Notes: generated from the sequence alone by a model not told the origin. Counted from the first letter of the stretch, positions 34,044-44,071 are shown. The stretch is 48,799 nucleotides of DNA from Deltaproteobacteria bacterium (GCA_016218805.1 JACRCW010000013.1:1-48799), one strand, 5' to 3'. A program made the numbers and translations.

Positions 34044-36245
34044 ATGCCACGCCACCACAAACCGACGCCCGCCGGGCCACTGCGGGACCGGCTGCTGGGC
34101 CTGCTGGACCGCCATCCCGGCGAAGAGTTCTCCCTCAAGGAGCTGCGCGACCGCCTGGACGTGGGGCCGGATGACCGGCGGGAAATGCGCGAACTGCTGG
34201 GCGAGTTGGAGGAGGAGGGCCGCGTCCAGCGTGTGGCCGGGCGGTGCTACCGCGCCGCGCGTCCGGTGGTCCGCGTGGAGGGGCGGGTGCACCGGCATGA
34301 ACGCGGGTTCGGCTGGCTGTTGGACACGGGCGCACCCGACGGGAATGACCCGTTCATCCCGCCTGATCAGATGGAGGGCCTGCTGCAGGGTGACCGCGTG
34401 CGGGCGCGCCTGGAGCCCGGGCGGGCGGGCAAGCCGCGCGCGGTGATTGAGAAGGTCCTGACGGAGCGGGCGCGCACCATTGGCACGCTGCGGCGCTGGG
34501 GCAAGCGCTGGGTGGTGGAGGTGGACGCCCACGCGGACGGCTTCCTGGTGGAGGGAACCGGCGAGGCGGAGCTGCGGGACGGCGCCGCCGCCATGGTGAC
34601 GGTGACCACGCGGCCGGAGGCCACCCACCGCGGAACCGTGGACGTGGAACGCGTGCTGGGCGAGTCCGGCACGCTGGCGGTGGAGGTGGAGAAGCTGGTG
34701 CTGCTGGGCCAGGTGCCGGTGGACTTTCCCGCGGACGCCCTGGCGGAGGTGGCCGCGCTGTCCGCGGACCCGGTGGCGGACGCCGCCCATGAACACCGCC
34801 GCCGCGACCTCACCGCCCTCCCGCTGGTCACCATTGACGGCGAGGACGCGCGCGACTTTGACGACGCAGTGCACGTGGCGCGCGAAGGAAAGCACCTGGT
34901 GCTTACCGTGGCCATTGCGGACGTGGCCCATTACGTGCGCGAAGGCACCGCGCTGGACCGCTCCGCCGCGGAACGCGGAACGTCCATCTACTTTCCCGGC
35001 CGCGTCATCCCCATGCTGCCGCACCGCCTGTCCGACGACCTGTGCAGCCTGCGCCCCAACGTGCCGCGGCTGTGCCTGGCGGCGAAGATGACCTTTGAGC
35101 CGGGGCAGGCGGTGCCGGGGCACGTGGAACTGTTTGCCGGGCTCATGAAGTCCCGCGCGCGCCTCACCTACACGCGCGTGCACGAAGCGGCGGCGGCCGG
35201 TTTGACGTCCCTGCCGGAGGCACCGGGGTTTGACCTGGCCGCGGCGCTGGAGCTGTTCCGCCGGTTGCGTGCGGCGCGGCTGGCCCGCGGGGCGTTGGAC
35301 CTGGACCTGCCGGAGCCGCGGTTCTTCCTGGACCCATCGGGTGATGTGCGCGCCATGCAGCCCGCGCCGCGCTGGGAGTCACACCAGCTCATTGAGGAGT
35401 TCATGATCGCGGCCAATGAGGCGGTGGCGCGCCACTTTGAAGGGCACCAGTGGCCCTGCGTCTACCGCGTGCATGAGCCGCCCGACGAGGAGAAGCTCAA
35501 GCGCTTCCTGGCCCTGGCGAGCGCGCACGTGAAGCTGCCCAAGATCCCGCCCTCCCCCGCCCCGTCCCACGTGGCGGCCATCCTGGAGCTGCTGCGCGGC
35601 CACCGCCGCGGCACCGTGCTGCAGGGCCAGCTGCTGCGGGCCATGATGCAGGCCCGCTATGACGCGGCCAACCTGGGGCACTACGGTCTGGCGTCAGAAG
35701 CGTACCTGCACTTCACCAGCCCCATCCGCCGCTACCCGGACCTGCTGGTCCACCGCGAACTGCACCGCCATCTCACCGGCGGCAAGACCCCGGCGGACCG
35801 GGAGGCGCGGCTGGAGACGCTGGCCGGGTCCTCCAGCCGCACGGAGCGGCGCGCCACGGACCTGGAGCGCCAGTGTGACGCGCTGTACGCGGCCAGCGCG
35901 TGTACGCACCTCGTGGGGCGGGACCTTTCGGGGACGGTCACCGGCGTGGCGGATGCCGGGCTGTTTGTGCGGCTGGATGACAACGGCGCGGACGGGCTCA
36001 TCCCGCTGGACACGCTGGCACCGGGGCGGATCCTGGTGGATGACGAACACGCTGAGATCCACACGGCCGCCGGCGCCCGGTGGGGCCTGGGCGACCCGGT
36101 GAAGGTCCGCGTGGCGTCCGTGAACCTGGGCCGCCGGCAGGTGACGCTGGCACTGGCGGGCGCTCGTCCGGCTCCGGGGGGCTTTGCCCGGGAGCGGCCG
36201 CCGGAGCGGCGGGCGGAGCGCGCGCGGGGGCGGCGGCGCCGGTGA
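34044..36245 (+). CDS. rnr: ribonuclease R
   Basis: N-terminal HTH, cold-shock HERGFGW, TIDGEDARDFDDA catalytic motif, LIEEFMIAANE, HFTSPIRRYPDL, S1 domain, basic tail. Confidence 0.93.
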   Translation: MPRHHKPTPAGPLRDRLLGLLDRHPGEEFSLKELRDRLDVGPDDRREMRELLGELEEEGRVQRVAGRCYRAARPVVRVEGRVHRHERGFGWLLDTGAPDGNDPFIPPDQMEGLLQGDRVRARLEPGRAGKPRAVIEKVLTERARTIGTLRRWGKRWVVEVDAHADGFLVEGTGEAELRDGAAAMVTVTTRPEATHRGTVDVERVLGESGTLAVEVEKLVLLGQVPVDFPADALAEVAALSADPVADAAHEHRRRDLTALPLVTIDGEDARDFDDAVHVAREGKHLVLTVAIADVAHYVREGTALDRSAAERGTSIYFPGRVIPMLPHRLSDDLCSLRPNVPRLCLAAKMTFEPGQAVPGHVELFAGLMKSRARLTYTRVHEAAAAGLTSLPEAPGFDLAAALELFRRLRAARLARGALDLDLPEPRFFLDPSGDVRAMQPAPRWESHQLIEEFMIAANEAVARHFEGHQWPCVYRVHEPPDEEKLKRFLALASAHVKLPKIPPSPAPSHVAAILELLRGHRRGTVLQGQLLRAMMQARYDAANLGHYGLASEAYLHFTSPIRRYPDLLVHRELHRHLTGGKTPADREARLETLAGSSSRTERRATDLERQCDALYAASACTHLVGRDLSGTVTGVADAGLFVRLDDNGADGLIPLDTLAPGRILVDDEHAEIHTAAGARWGLGDPVKVRVASVNLGRRQVTLALAGARPAPGGFARERPPERRAERARGRRRR

Positions 36246-36649
36246 CGGACCTGCCGGGCATCTACCGGATGGTGGAGCAGGCCATGCCGGAGCGGAGCTG
36301 CGCGCGCAGCGGCGCGTGCTGCCAGTTCACGGTGACAGGGCGCGAGCCCATTGTGACGCACGCGGAGCTGGCGGCCATCCGCGCGGAGCTGCGCCGGCAG
36401 GGCCGCAATGTCCCGCCGCCGCGGGAGGACGGCGCCTGCCCGCTGCTGACGGCGGACGGGACGCGTTGCAGTATCTACGCGGCGCGTCCCATGGGCTGCC
36501 GGACGTTCTTCTGCCGGGAGGCGGGGGGCGTGGTGACCGCCCGGGAGCTGCGGGATGCGCTGCATGCGCTCAACGCGCTGGAGGAATCCCGGGGCAAGAA
36601 CAAGCGGCCACCGCGGCCGCTCACGCGCGCGCTCCAGGACCGTGACTGA
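36242..36649 (+). CDS. YkgJ-family (CxxCxxCC) cysteine-cluster protein
   Basis: CARSGACC...CPLL...CSIYAARPMGCRTFFC; GTGA overlap with the rnr stop. Confidence 0.85.
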   Translation: MTDLPGIYRMVEQAMPERSCARSGACCQFTVTGREPIVTHAELAAIRAELRRQGRNVPPPREDGACPLLTADGTRCSIYAARPMGCRTFFCREAGGVVTARELRDALHALNALEESRGKNKRPPRPLTRALQDRD

Positions 36650-36658
36650 AGGACGGCG

Positions 36659-37954
36659 TCAGCCGCCCAGGGCCTTCTTGAGCTTGCCCAGCACGCCCTT
36701 GCCGTCATCCGGCCCGGGCTCCGGCGGCGAGTGGCGGGCCTTCTCCGCGCGCATCTCCAGCAGGCGCACCTCGCGCGCGGCCTCCTCGTGCTTGGAATCC
36801 AGCTCCAGGCAGCGGCGGAAGCAGCCCTCGGATTTGTCGCCCTCACCCAGCACGCGGAACAGCAGGCCCAGCTTGTAGTGCGCGTCCGCGTAGCGGGTGG
36901 TCTTGGCCAACTCCCGGAACACCTCCAACGCCTTCTGGCGGCGCTCCTTCTCCGGTTTGGTGGGGTTGAGCGCCATGGCCCACGCCCAGTCCACCTTGTA
37001 CTCCGCCAGCGCGGGGTCGCAGTCCACCGCGCGCTTCATCTCCCCCTCCGCCTGCGCGTAGTCCTTCTGCTTGAGGAAGAACCGGCCCTTCTGCGCGTAC
37101 AGCTTGGCCTCCTCCGCACGGACCGGGGCGCGCCGGTTGTCTCCCGCAGGGCCGGACGCTTCGCGCTTCTTGAGGTCCTCCAGGTACGCGGTGCGCGTCT
37201 TGGTATCCCCCAGGACGCGGTGCGCGTCTCCCACCGCGGCAAACAGCGCGGCCATGCGCGTGCGCACCTCCTCCACCTCCGGGCCCGTCCAGCCGCCCAG
37301 CCGGTCCGGGTGCCACTTGCGAACCAGGCCCAGGTACGCCTTCTTCACCGCGTCATCCCCGTCCGTGCGCTGCAGGCCCAGCACCTCAAAGTGGTTCCCC
37401 TTCCCCAGCGATCCGTGCGCCGCGTCCACCTCCTTCTTGAGGTCCCGGAACTGCGGATCATCCATGGCGGTGGCCGGCTTGGGGGGCGGCGGCGGGGGTG
37501 CGGGTTCCGCCGCGGGTGACGACGTGGAGGCGGCGGCGGGGTCTTCGTCCACGCCGGGGCGGTAGATGTTGGCCACCAGCTTCTTGCGCACCAGCTGCTG
37601 GCCCTTCTGGTCCGCCAGCGCCTTACGGATCTCCACGGGGACCAGCGCGCGCGCCTTGTCCGGCCCCAGCGTGTCCAGCAACTCCGCTGAGTGCAGCCCG
37701 CGCAGTGCGCCCTGCGCCTTGGGCGGCGGCAGCAGGCCGGTCCCCTCCAGGTCCTTGAACCGCCGCGGCAGCCGCAGCAGCGTCAGGAACGCGCGCGCCT
37801 CGTCCGGCAGTTCCGCCCACGCCACGGCGGTCTCCAGGCCTTCCGGGGAGCGCAGCACCACCGCCCGGTCCCGCAGGCGGGCGGCAAAATCCTCGTTGCC
37901 CGCCACGTCGTCGGCGGCAAAGAACTTCTGGAATGTGACGGCAGTGTCAGCCAT
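36659..37954 (-). CDS. J-domain (HPD) + TPR protein
   Basis: HFEVLGL...VKKAYLGLVRKWHPDR; TPR motifs (YAQAEGEMKRAVDCDP, AHYKLGLLF...FRRCLELD). Confidence 0.85.
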   Translation of the reverse strand: MADTAVTFQKFFAADDVAGNEDFAARLRDRAVVLRSPEGLETAVAWAELPDEARAFLTLLRLPRRFKDLEGTGLLPPPKAQGALRGLHSAELLDTLGPDKARALVPVEIRKALADQKGQQLVRKKLVANIYRPGVDEDPAAASTSSPAAEPAPPPPPPKPATAMDDPQFRDLKKEVDAAHGSLGKGNHFEVLGLQRTDGDDAVKKAYLGLVRKWHPDRLGGWTGPEVEEVRTRMAALFAAVGDAHRVLGDTKTRTAYLEDLKKREASGPAGDNRRAPVRAEEAKLYAQKGRFFLKQKDYAQAEGEMKRAVDCDPALAEYKVDWAWAMALNPTKPEKERRQKALEVFRELAKTTRYADAHYKLGLLFRVLGEGDKSEGCFRRCLELDSKHEEAAREVRLLEMRAEKARHSPPEPGPDDGKGVLGKLKKALGG

Positions 37955-37993
37955 GCGTCGAGCTGGATCCCCGGTTCTCGGCGGTAGCAGGGT

Positions 37994-38830
37994 TCAATCG
38001 CAGAAGCCCCATTCCAGGGCGGTCCCATTGGTGAATGCTTTGCACGTTGCGCCTGCGCGGTCACACGCCGGGCCGCCGCTTCCTAGCCGCCGGCAATATT
38101 GCGTGCAGGTCCCGGTGCAGTTGCCGCCGGAGGGGCACCCCAGTTGGTCGCTGCAGAAGTACCCCTCGCCGCAGGCGGGCAGGCCCTGGGTCTGCTCGGT
38201 GTCGCACGTTTCGCCCGGCGCTCCCGTCCCCACGGGGAGGCAGGTGGCCGTGGCCGGGTTGGCGGCAAAGTGGACGCACGCCTCCTGCGGCGCACAGCAG
38301 CGGGCACCCACCGGCGGGGGATTGGCGTTGCAGTCGTTCTGCAGCAGCACGTCGCATTCGGCGTAGCAGACGCCGGCGCTGGCCCCGGGCTTGAACCACA
38401 GGCAGCGCGTGTTGTTGGGGCAGTCCACCGCGGTTTCACCGCACTCACCCTCCTGGCAGACGCCGGAGATGTCACCGCCCCCGGGCCAGCAGATCTGGTC
38501 GGGGCCGCATTGCTCGTGGAACAGGCACACCGGGCGGCAGCGGAAGTCGCAGTCCGGGTCATCGCGGGAGGTGCAGGTGCGCTGCATGTCCTGGCACACG
38601 GCTGTGCGCGCCGAATACCCCTCGCACTCCTCATCCACGTCGCACCGGCCGCCCAGCTTGGTGGCGTCCGTCTTCCTGCAGACCTCGCGCTCCATGATGA
38701 ACACGCGGTCCTTGACGCAGATGTAGCCACCCGGGCAGCGCGGTTCCGCGTCCTGGCAGGGCGCGTTGTCCGGCCCGCATCCGACGATCAGCAGTCCCAG
38801 CAACACGCCCGCCACACGCCATGAACGCAT
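37994..38830 (-). CDS. cysteine-rich lipoprotein
   Basis: Lipobox LLIVGC; more than 30 Cys in short disulfide-type modules without CxxCH; GGAG RBS. Confidence 0.8.
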   Translation of the reverse strand: MRSWRVAGVLLGLLIVGCGPDNAPCQDAEPRCPGGYICVKDRVFIMEREVCRKTDATKLGGRCDVDEECEGYSARTAVCQDMQRTCTSRDDPDCDFRCRPVCLFHEQCGPDQICWPGGGDISGVCQEGECGETAVDCPNNTRCLWFKPGASAGVCYAECDVLLQNDCNANPPPVGARCCAPQEACVHFAANPATATCLPVGTGAPGETCDTEQTQGLPACGEGYFCSDQLGCPSGGNCTGTCTQYCRRLGSGGPACDRAGATCKAFTNGTALEWGFCD

Positions 38831-38835
38831 GGTCT

Positions 38836-40353
38836 TCACTCCCTGCAACCCTTGGGGTCACTGACGCATTGTGACACCGCGGCGTCCCCGCCGCCACCCG
38901 CAAGGATGGCGTCCATGCTCTGCTTTTCTGAGAAGCCCCACGCCATCAGCGCAATCCCCAGCGCCAGAAACCCCGCGCCCACCAGCGCGCCCACCACCGC
39001 CACAATGGGCAGGGCAATGCCCGCAATGAATGTGATGGTGCGCTCCGTCTGCTGGAACGCGGAGATGTAGAAGCCGGTGCCGGGGAGGCGGAAGCCGGCC
39101 ACCAGGTACCAGCACAGCGCCGCCAGCAGCAGCAGCACCAGCCCAATGACCAGCGCCAGCGGCAGCACGGGCAGCAGCAGCGCGCCGCCCACAATCTTGC
39201 CCATGCCCGCGCCACCGCCGCCGCCCTTGGGCGCGGTGTAGTTGGATGACGTCTTGGTGGAGATGTCCTTGTTGACGGCGTCCTTGGCGCCCGCCTGGCC
39301 GGTGCGGAAGCCGCCCTCAATCCAGCGGTCCAGCTCGTCGCGGTAACGGTCGCCGGTGAAGCCGCGCTCACCCTGGCCCAGCGGGGAGCCGGTGTTGTCC
39401 ACCAGGACGGCGGCCACGCGCACGTCCGTGGCGGTGCTCTGCACGCTCTGCACGTAGACCTGGTCCACCTTGGCAAAGCGGGCCAGTTCGCCCAGCACGG
39501 GTCCCTGCCCGGCCACCACGTCGGTGTGGACCCGGTTGAGGATGGTCTCCAGCTCGGAGGCCTTGAGGGTGGGCTTGAGGGGGAACTGCACGGTCTCGTC
39601 CGCGCTGGACACCTTCACCACCTTGCCCGCGGAGCGGTGCCCGGCGCGAACCACCCGCAGCACGTGCGGTCCCGCCGCCAGGCGCTCCACCACCAGCGGT
39701 GTGGCGCCGCGGAATACGCCGTCCACGTACACCTCCGCGGCGGACGGCGTGGAGAACACGTTGATGGAGTAGCGGTCGCCTTCGTCCACCTTGCGGCCCG
39801 CGTCATCAAACGCCTTCTGCGCCTGCGGCGGCAGCTTGTCCCAGGCGGCCGCGCGGTCCACCAGCAGCGCGCGCCGGAACGCCTCAGTGGCGGGCTTATG
39901 CTCCGCGTTGAGCGCGTAGGCGCTCCCAAGACGCAGCAGCGCGTCCACGTACGGCTTGATGTCCTCCACGTAGGCGGCGCCCTGCTCCAGGCTCACCGCC
40001 GCGTCGTTGAGGGATGAAATGGCGGTGTCCAGTTCATTCTCATCCAGGGCGTGACCGCCCTTCTCCAGCGCCGCCAGTCCCTTGGTGATGAGCGCGCGGC
40101 CCGGAGCTTCCGCCGCCTGGTCCAGGAACTGTTCCACGTCCAGCAGGCTGTAGCGGGGGTTGCGGGCAAACACGCCCCGCGCCACAAACGCGCCCACCGC
40201 CGCGGACTTCTGGCTGGCGCTGTCCTTGCCGACGCTGAGCACCAGGAGGCTGAGGCCGCCCTCGTCAGCGCGGGTGCTCAGCGGAAGCAACAGGGAGCAG
40301 GCAAGCGCGGCCAGCAGCAGGCGCGCGCGCGGGACGGGCGTCGGGCGTGACAT
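38836..40353 (-). CDS. PEGA domain-containing membrane protein
   Basis: Signal peptide, TPR-like region, STPSAAEVYVDGVFRGATP...GPH.LRV.RAGH PEGA motif, C-terminal TM helices; ATG 40353. Confidence 0.85.
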   Translation of the reverse strand: MSRPTPVPRARLLLAALACSLLLPLSTRADEGGLSLLVLSVGKDSASQKSAAVGAFVARGVFARNPRYSLLDVEQFLDQAAEAPGRALITKGLAALEKGGHALDENELDTAISSLNDAAVSLEQGAAYVEDIKPYVDALLRLGSAYALNAEHKPATEAFRRALLVDRAAAWDKLPPQAQKAFDDAGRKVDEGDRYSINVFSTPSAAEVYVDGVFRGATPLVVERLAAGPHVLRVVRAGHRSAGKVVKVSSADETVQFPLKPTLKASELETILNRVHTDVVAGQGPVLGELARFAKVDQVYVQSVQSTATDVRVAAVLVDNTGSPLGQGERGFTGDRYRDELDRWIEGGFRTGQAGAKDAVNKDISTKTSSNYTAPKGGGGGAGMGKIVGGALLLPVLPLALVIGLVLLLLAALCWYLVAGFRLPGTGFYISAFQQTERTITFIAGIALPIVAVVGALVGAGFLALGIALMAWGFSEKQSMDAILAGGGGDAAVSQCVSDPKGCRE

Positions 40354-40444
40354 GGGCGGGCCTTGTAGCAGGCACCCGGAGGGCCCGTCACGTCGGGAAA
40401 GCCCGCTTGACACCGGGTGACACCGGCCCCTGTGATGCGGGGGC

Positions 40445-41863
40445 ATGGTTCGCCTCCGGTTGTCCGTGATGGCCGTCCTTGCCGCGGCGGCGTGCCAGCC
40501 GCCGGATACGCGCTGCCGTAACGACGGCGACTGCGACACGACGGTGCGTTACTGCGCCGCCAATGGGACGTGCCAGCCGCTGGCCGGCCGCCCGGGCGGG
40601 AGCATCCCGGCGCGCTGCACGGTCTACGGCGCGCAGCCCGGGAGCAGCTCCGCCGCCGGGGCGGCGCTGGTTGTGGGGGCGCTGCTGCCCCGCACGCGCG
40701 CGGACGGCGCGGAGGACCCGCGCGGGCGCCTGCGCGAACAGGCCGCGCGCCTGGTGGTGGAGGAGCTCAATCCGCCGCAACGGCAGGGCGTGGCGGGACG
40801 TTCGCTGGCGCTGGTGAGCTGTGACACGGCGGGGGATGCCACCACGGCGGCGGCGCTGGCGGGGGACCTGGTGGAGCTGGGCGCGCTGGCGATCATCAGC
40901 GCGGGAAGCGCGGAGACGCTGGCGGCATCCGCAGTGACCATTCCCGCGGGCGTGCTGCTCATCAGCTCCAGCGCCACCACACCGGAGCTCACGGATCTGC
41001 CGGACCTCCCCGCCGGCGGCGGAGCCGGGCTGGTGTGGCGCACCGCGGCCTCGGACGCGTTCCAGGGCGCGGTGCTGTCCTCCCTGCTGACGGACGGGAA
41101 CCTGTGCGGGCTGGGCGGGACGGGCGCGGCCAGCGCCGCCGTCATCTACCTGGATGATCCGTACGGTCAGGGGCTGTACACGGTGTTCTCGCGCCACTTC
41201 ACGCGGACCGAAGCCGGGTTCCTCTACGCGCGCGCAGGCTCCATTGACACAGCGCTGGCCGCGGCGGCCGCGGCCAACCCCGCGGCGCTGGTGGTCATTG
41301 GCTTCCCGGACGACGTCACGCGCATCCTGGATGCGACCGTTGGCACGTCCCTGGGGGCCGTTCCCCTGTTCCTCACCGACAGCGCGCGCAATCCCGCATT
41401 GTTCACGCTGGCCCATCCGGAGCGCCTGGCGGGCGCGTGCGGCACGGCCCCCGCCCCTGCCGACACGACGTCGGCCGCGTACGACTGGTTCGGCCAGCAG
41501 TACCAGCAGAAATTTGGTGAAGACCCGCTGTCGGCGAGCTTTGTCCCCAACACGTACGACGCCATGATGCTCATTGCGCTGGCCGCGGCCTGGGCGCTGC
41601 AACCCGGGCGGACGCTCAACGGCGCGGCGCTGGCGGAAGGCCTGCGCCACCTCTCCGCGGTGGATGGCGGAACGGCGGTGAACCTGGACGTGCCCTCGTT
41701 CAACACGGCGGTGTCGCGGCTGGCGGCGGGCGGTGACCTGGACGTGCAGGGAACGTCTGGGCCGCTGGACTTTGACAACGCCACGGGCGAAGCGCCGGCC
41801 GCCGTGCAGGTATGGGAGGCCGCGGACGGCGGCTTCACGACGCTGCGGGTGGTCCAACCCTGA
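40445..41863 (+). CDS. periplasmic-binding-protein type 1 (LIVBP-like) lipoprotein with N-terminal Cys module
   Basis: Lipobox LAAAAC; VGALLP, ISSSATTPELT, WRTAASDAFQG, YGQGL, YDA, GTSGPLDFD motifs. Confidence 0.85.
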   Translation: MVRLRLSVMAVLAAAACQPPDTRCRNDGDCDTTVRYCAANGTCQPLAGRPGGSIPARCTVYGAQPGSSSAAGAALVVGALLPRTRADGAEDPRGRLREQAARLVVEELNPPQRQGVAGRSLALVSCDTAGDATTAAALAGDLVELGALAIISAGSAETLAASAVTIPAGVLLISSSATTPELTDLPDLPAGGGAGLVWRTAASDAFQGAVLSSLLTDGNLCGLGGTGAASAAVIYLDDPYGQGLYTVFSRHFTRTEAGFLYARAGSIDTALAAAAAANPAALVVIGFPDDVTRILDATVGTSLGAVPLFLTDSARNPALFTLAHPERLAGACGTAPAPADTTSAAYDWFGQQYQQKFGEDPLSASFVPNTYDAMMLIALAAAWALQPGRTLNGAALAEGLRHLSAVDGGTAVNLDVPSFNTAVSRLAAGGDLDVQGTSGPLDFDNATGEAPAAVQVWEAADGGFTTLRVVQP

Positions 41864-43073
41864 CCAGCGCTGCCAGGTGGAATCCATCCGTGCCATCGCG
41901 ATGGGGCAACAGCGTGCGTGCCGCCGGGCCGCCGGCATACAGCGGTGCCGCGCGGAAATCCCGGTGTTCCCCCAGGAAGCGTGCCACCACGTCCTCATTC
42001 TCCGCGCGCAGCAGGGAACAGGTCACGTACATGAGCCGTCCGCCGGGCCTCACGCAGCGGGCCGCGCGGGACAGGATGGCCGCCTGCAGTGTGGGCAGCC
42101 GCGTCACCGCCGTCTCATCCAGCCACCAGCGGGCATCCGGGCCCCGGCGCAACGCACCCGTGGACGAGCACGGCGCATCCACCAGGACAACGTCTGCCGC
42201 CGCCGGGGGCGCATCCACCGCGGTCTCCCGCACACAGCGCAGGCCCAGGCGGCGCGTGCGCCCTCGCAGGTCCGCCAGGCGCGCGGGGTCCGCGTCCGTC
42301 ACCCACAGCTCCCCGCGGTCTTCCATCATGGCGGCCAGTGCCAGCGTCTTGCCGCCGGACCCGGCGCACGCGTCCAGCACCACGTCACCCGGGCGCGCGC
42401 CAGTCCAGAGCGCCGCCAGCTGGCTGGCCTCGTCCTGCACCTCAAAGCAGCCGTCCCGCCAGGCCGCATTGCCGGTGACATTCACGGGTCCCGCCACCGT
42501 CAATCCCCACGTTGACGCCCGCGTGGGCTCAACGCGCCACCCGCCGGCAGCCAGCCGGACCGCCAGGTCCGCGCGCGTGGTCTTCAGCGTGTTCACGCGC
42601 AGCGTGAGCGGCCCGGGCCGGTTCAATGCCGCCGCCAGCGCATCCGCCTCCGCGGCGCCCAACTCCGCCACCCAGCGGGCCGCCAGCCACGGTGGCAGGG
42701 ACCGCTCCGCCGCCAGCCGTTCCACCGGGTCCGCCGGCCAGGGACGCGCGTCCCCGAACGCGCGTTCGAGCACCGCCGCCTCTACCCCCGCCGCCTCCGC
42801 CGCGGCGCCGGGCGGCAGCGCCATCTCTTCAACGAGGTAGGCCGCAAGCACGGCCGCCGGCGCGTCCGAACCGCCGCGGTACGCCAGGCGGGCGCGCAGG
42901 CACGCGGGGCCATTCACCATGCGCGCCACACGCGACCGCGCCGCGTTGTCCCAGTGCGGGTGCGCGCGCAGCACGGCGCGCAGCGCGGGCTCCGCGCGCG
43001 TCTGCATGGTGAGCACGGCCGAGAGCGCTTCCAGGGCGGCCCGGGTCTCCTCCGGCCGCGGCGACGACGCCAT
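41835..43073 (-). CDS. RsmB/NOP-family RNA m5C methyltransferase
   Basis: LRVNTLK, EVQDEASQ, VLDACAGSGGKT, DAPCSSTG, YVTCSLLRAENE, TDGFHLA. Confidence 0.92.
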   Translation of the reverse strand: MASSPRPEETRAALEALSAVLTMQTRAEPALRAVLRAHPHWDNAARSRVARMVNGPACLRARLAYRGGSDAPAAVLAAYLVEEMALPPGAAAEAAGVEAAVLERAFGDARPWPADPVERLAAERSLPPWLAARWVAELGAAEADALAAALNRPGPLTLRVNTLKTTRADLAVRLAAGGWRVEPTRASTWGLTVAGPVNVTGNAAWRDGCFEVQDEASQLAALWTGARPGDVVLDACAGSGGKTLALAAMMEDRGELWVTDADPARLADLRGRTRRLGLRCVRETAVDAPPAAADVVLVDAPCSSTGALRRGPDARWWLDETAVTRLPTLQAAILSRAARCVRPGGRLMYVTCSLLRAENEDVVARFLGEHRDFRAAPLYAGGPAARTLLPHRDGTDGFHLAALVRVGPPAAS

Positions 43074-44071
43074 CACGCCTTGATGTTGTCGATGGCGGAC
43101 TTCTGCATGTCGTGCATCTGTTTGATGACGTTGGTGAGCATTTCGTAGAACTTGCGCAGCTGGTTGGTCATCTGCTGCAGCAGCTGCTGCTTCATGGTGT
43201 CCGACATGGGCTGCTGCGCGCCGGCAATGGCGCCGGGAACGTTCTGCTGCATGAGCGGGCGCCCACCGCTGCCCTGCCCGCCGGCCATGTTGCCCAGCAT
43301 GCCGTTGCCCACGGGCATGGCGGACATCTCGTCACCGCCGCCCGGTGACCCCAGCGCCGCAGCGGACTGGAACAGCTGCGCCTGGAAGTCCTGGAAGTTG
43401 CCGTTGGGCTGCGCCTGCTGCGCGCCACCGCCTGACAACGACAGCGCGACGTTCTTGACGTTCTGCTCCATCTGCATGAGTCCCTGCAGGATGGGGCCCA
43501 TGGAGGACGGCACGCCGGGCACCGCGTTGGCCACGGCGGCGGCATGCATCACCGCCATGTTCTGCAGCGACGTTCCGCCCTGGCCTCCGACGACACCGCC
43601 CACTTCAGCCGGCTGGGTGGCGGGGGCGCGGAAGCACAGCAGGCCGCCGGTGGATGAGCCGGTGTTGAGCACGGAACCGCCCAGCGCGCTCTCCAGCTGG
43701 CCGCGGAAATCCGGGTCCGTCAGCAGCGCCATGGAGAGCGACCGGCCCACCTGCGTCTGCGCAAAGGCCGCATCCCCGCCCATGCCGCCCAGCGCCGTGA
43801 AGCCGCGCGCCTGGGGGATCCCGCCCCGCTGCTGGTAGTAGTCCGCCGGGCCCGGAACAAACCCCTCCAGCGCAAATTGCCGCCCGAACATCCGGTTGAG
43901 CGTTCCCAGCAGCAACGCGCTGGAGGGTTCGGTCCCGTCACCCATGCGGGCGCGGATGGCGGCGCCTTCATCCAGGCGGTCCAGCGGCGGCCGGCCGGTG
44001 ATGGCGCCCAGCATCCGCGTGACCAGGGAACCCACCGAAAATCTTGAGACTGCGCCGGGACTTATGGCCAT
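43073..44071 (-). CDS. Gly/Gln/Met-rich protein with T3SS needle/filament-like C-terminal helix
   Basis: GGAG RBS before ATG 44071; C-terminus QQMTNQLRKFYEMLTNVIKQMHDMQKSAIDNIKA; no Sec signal; TGATG overlap with the methyltransferase gene. Confidence 0.7.
   Translation of the reverse strand: MAISPGAVSRFSVGSLVTRMLGAITGRPPLDRLDEGAAIRARMGDGTEPSSALLLGTLNRMFGRQFALEGFVPGPADYYQQRGGIPQARGFTALGGMGGDAAFAQTQVGRSLSMALLTDPDFRGQLESALGGSVLNTGSSTGGLLCFRAPATQPAEVGGVVGGQGGTSLQNMAVMHAAAVANAVPGVPSSMGPILQGLMQMEQNVKNVALSLSGGGAQQAQPNGNFQDFQAQLFQSAAALGSPGGGDEMSAMPVGNGMLGNMAGGQGSGGRPLMQQNVPGAIAGAQQPMSDTMKQQLLQQMTNQLRKFYEMLTNVIKQMHDMQKSAIDNIKA

Noticed and set aside
32134..34080. 648-aa minus-strand ORF
   Set aside because: Codon-mirror of the receiver/J-domain gene
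37994..38830. Cys-rich protein as a third cytochrome
   Set aside because: No CxxCH motifs; the pattern fits disulfide-rich modules
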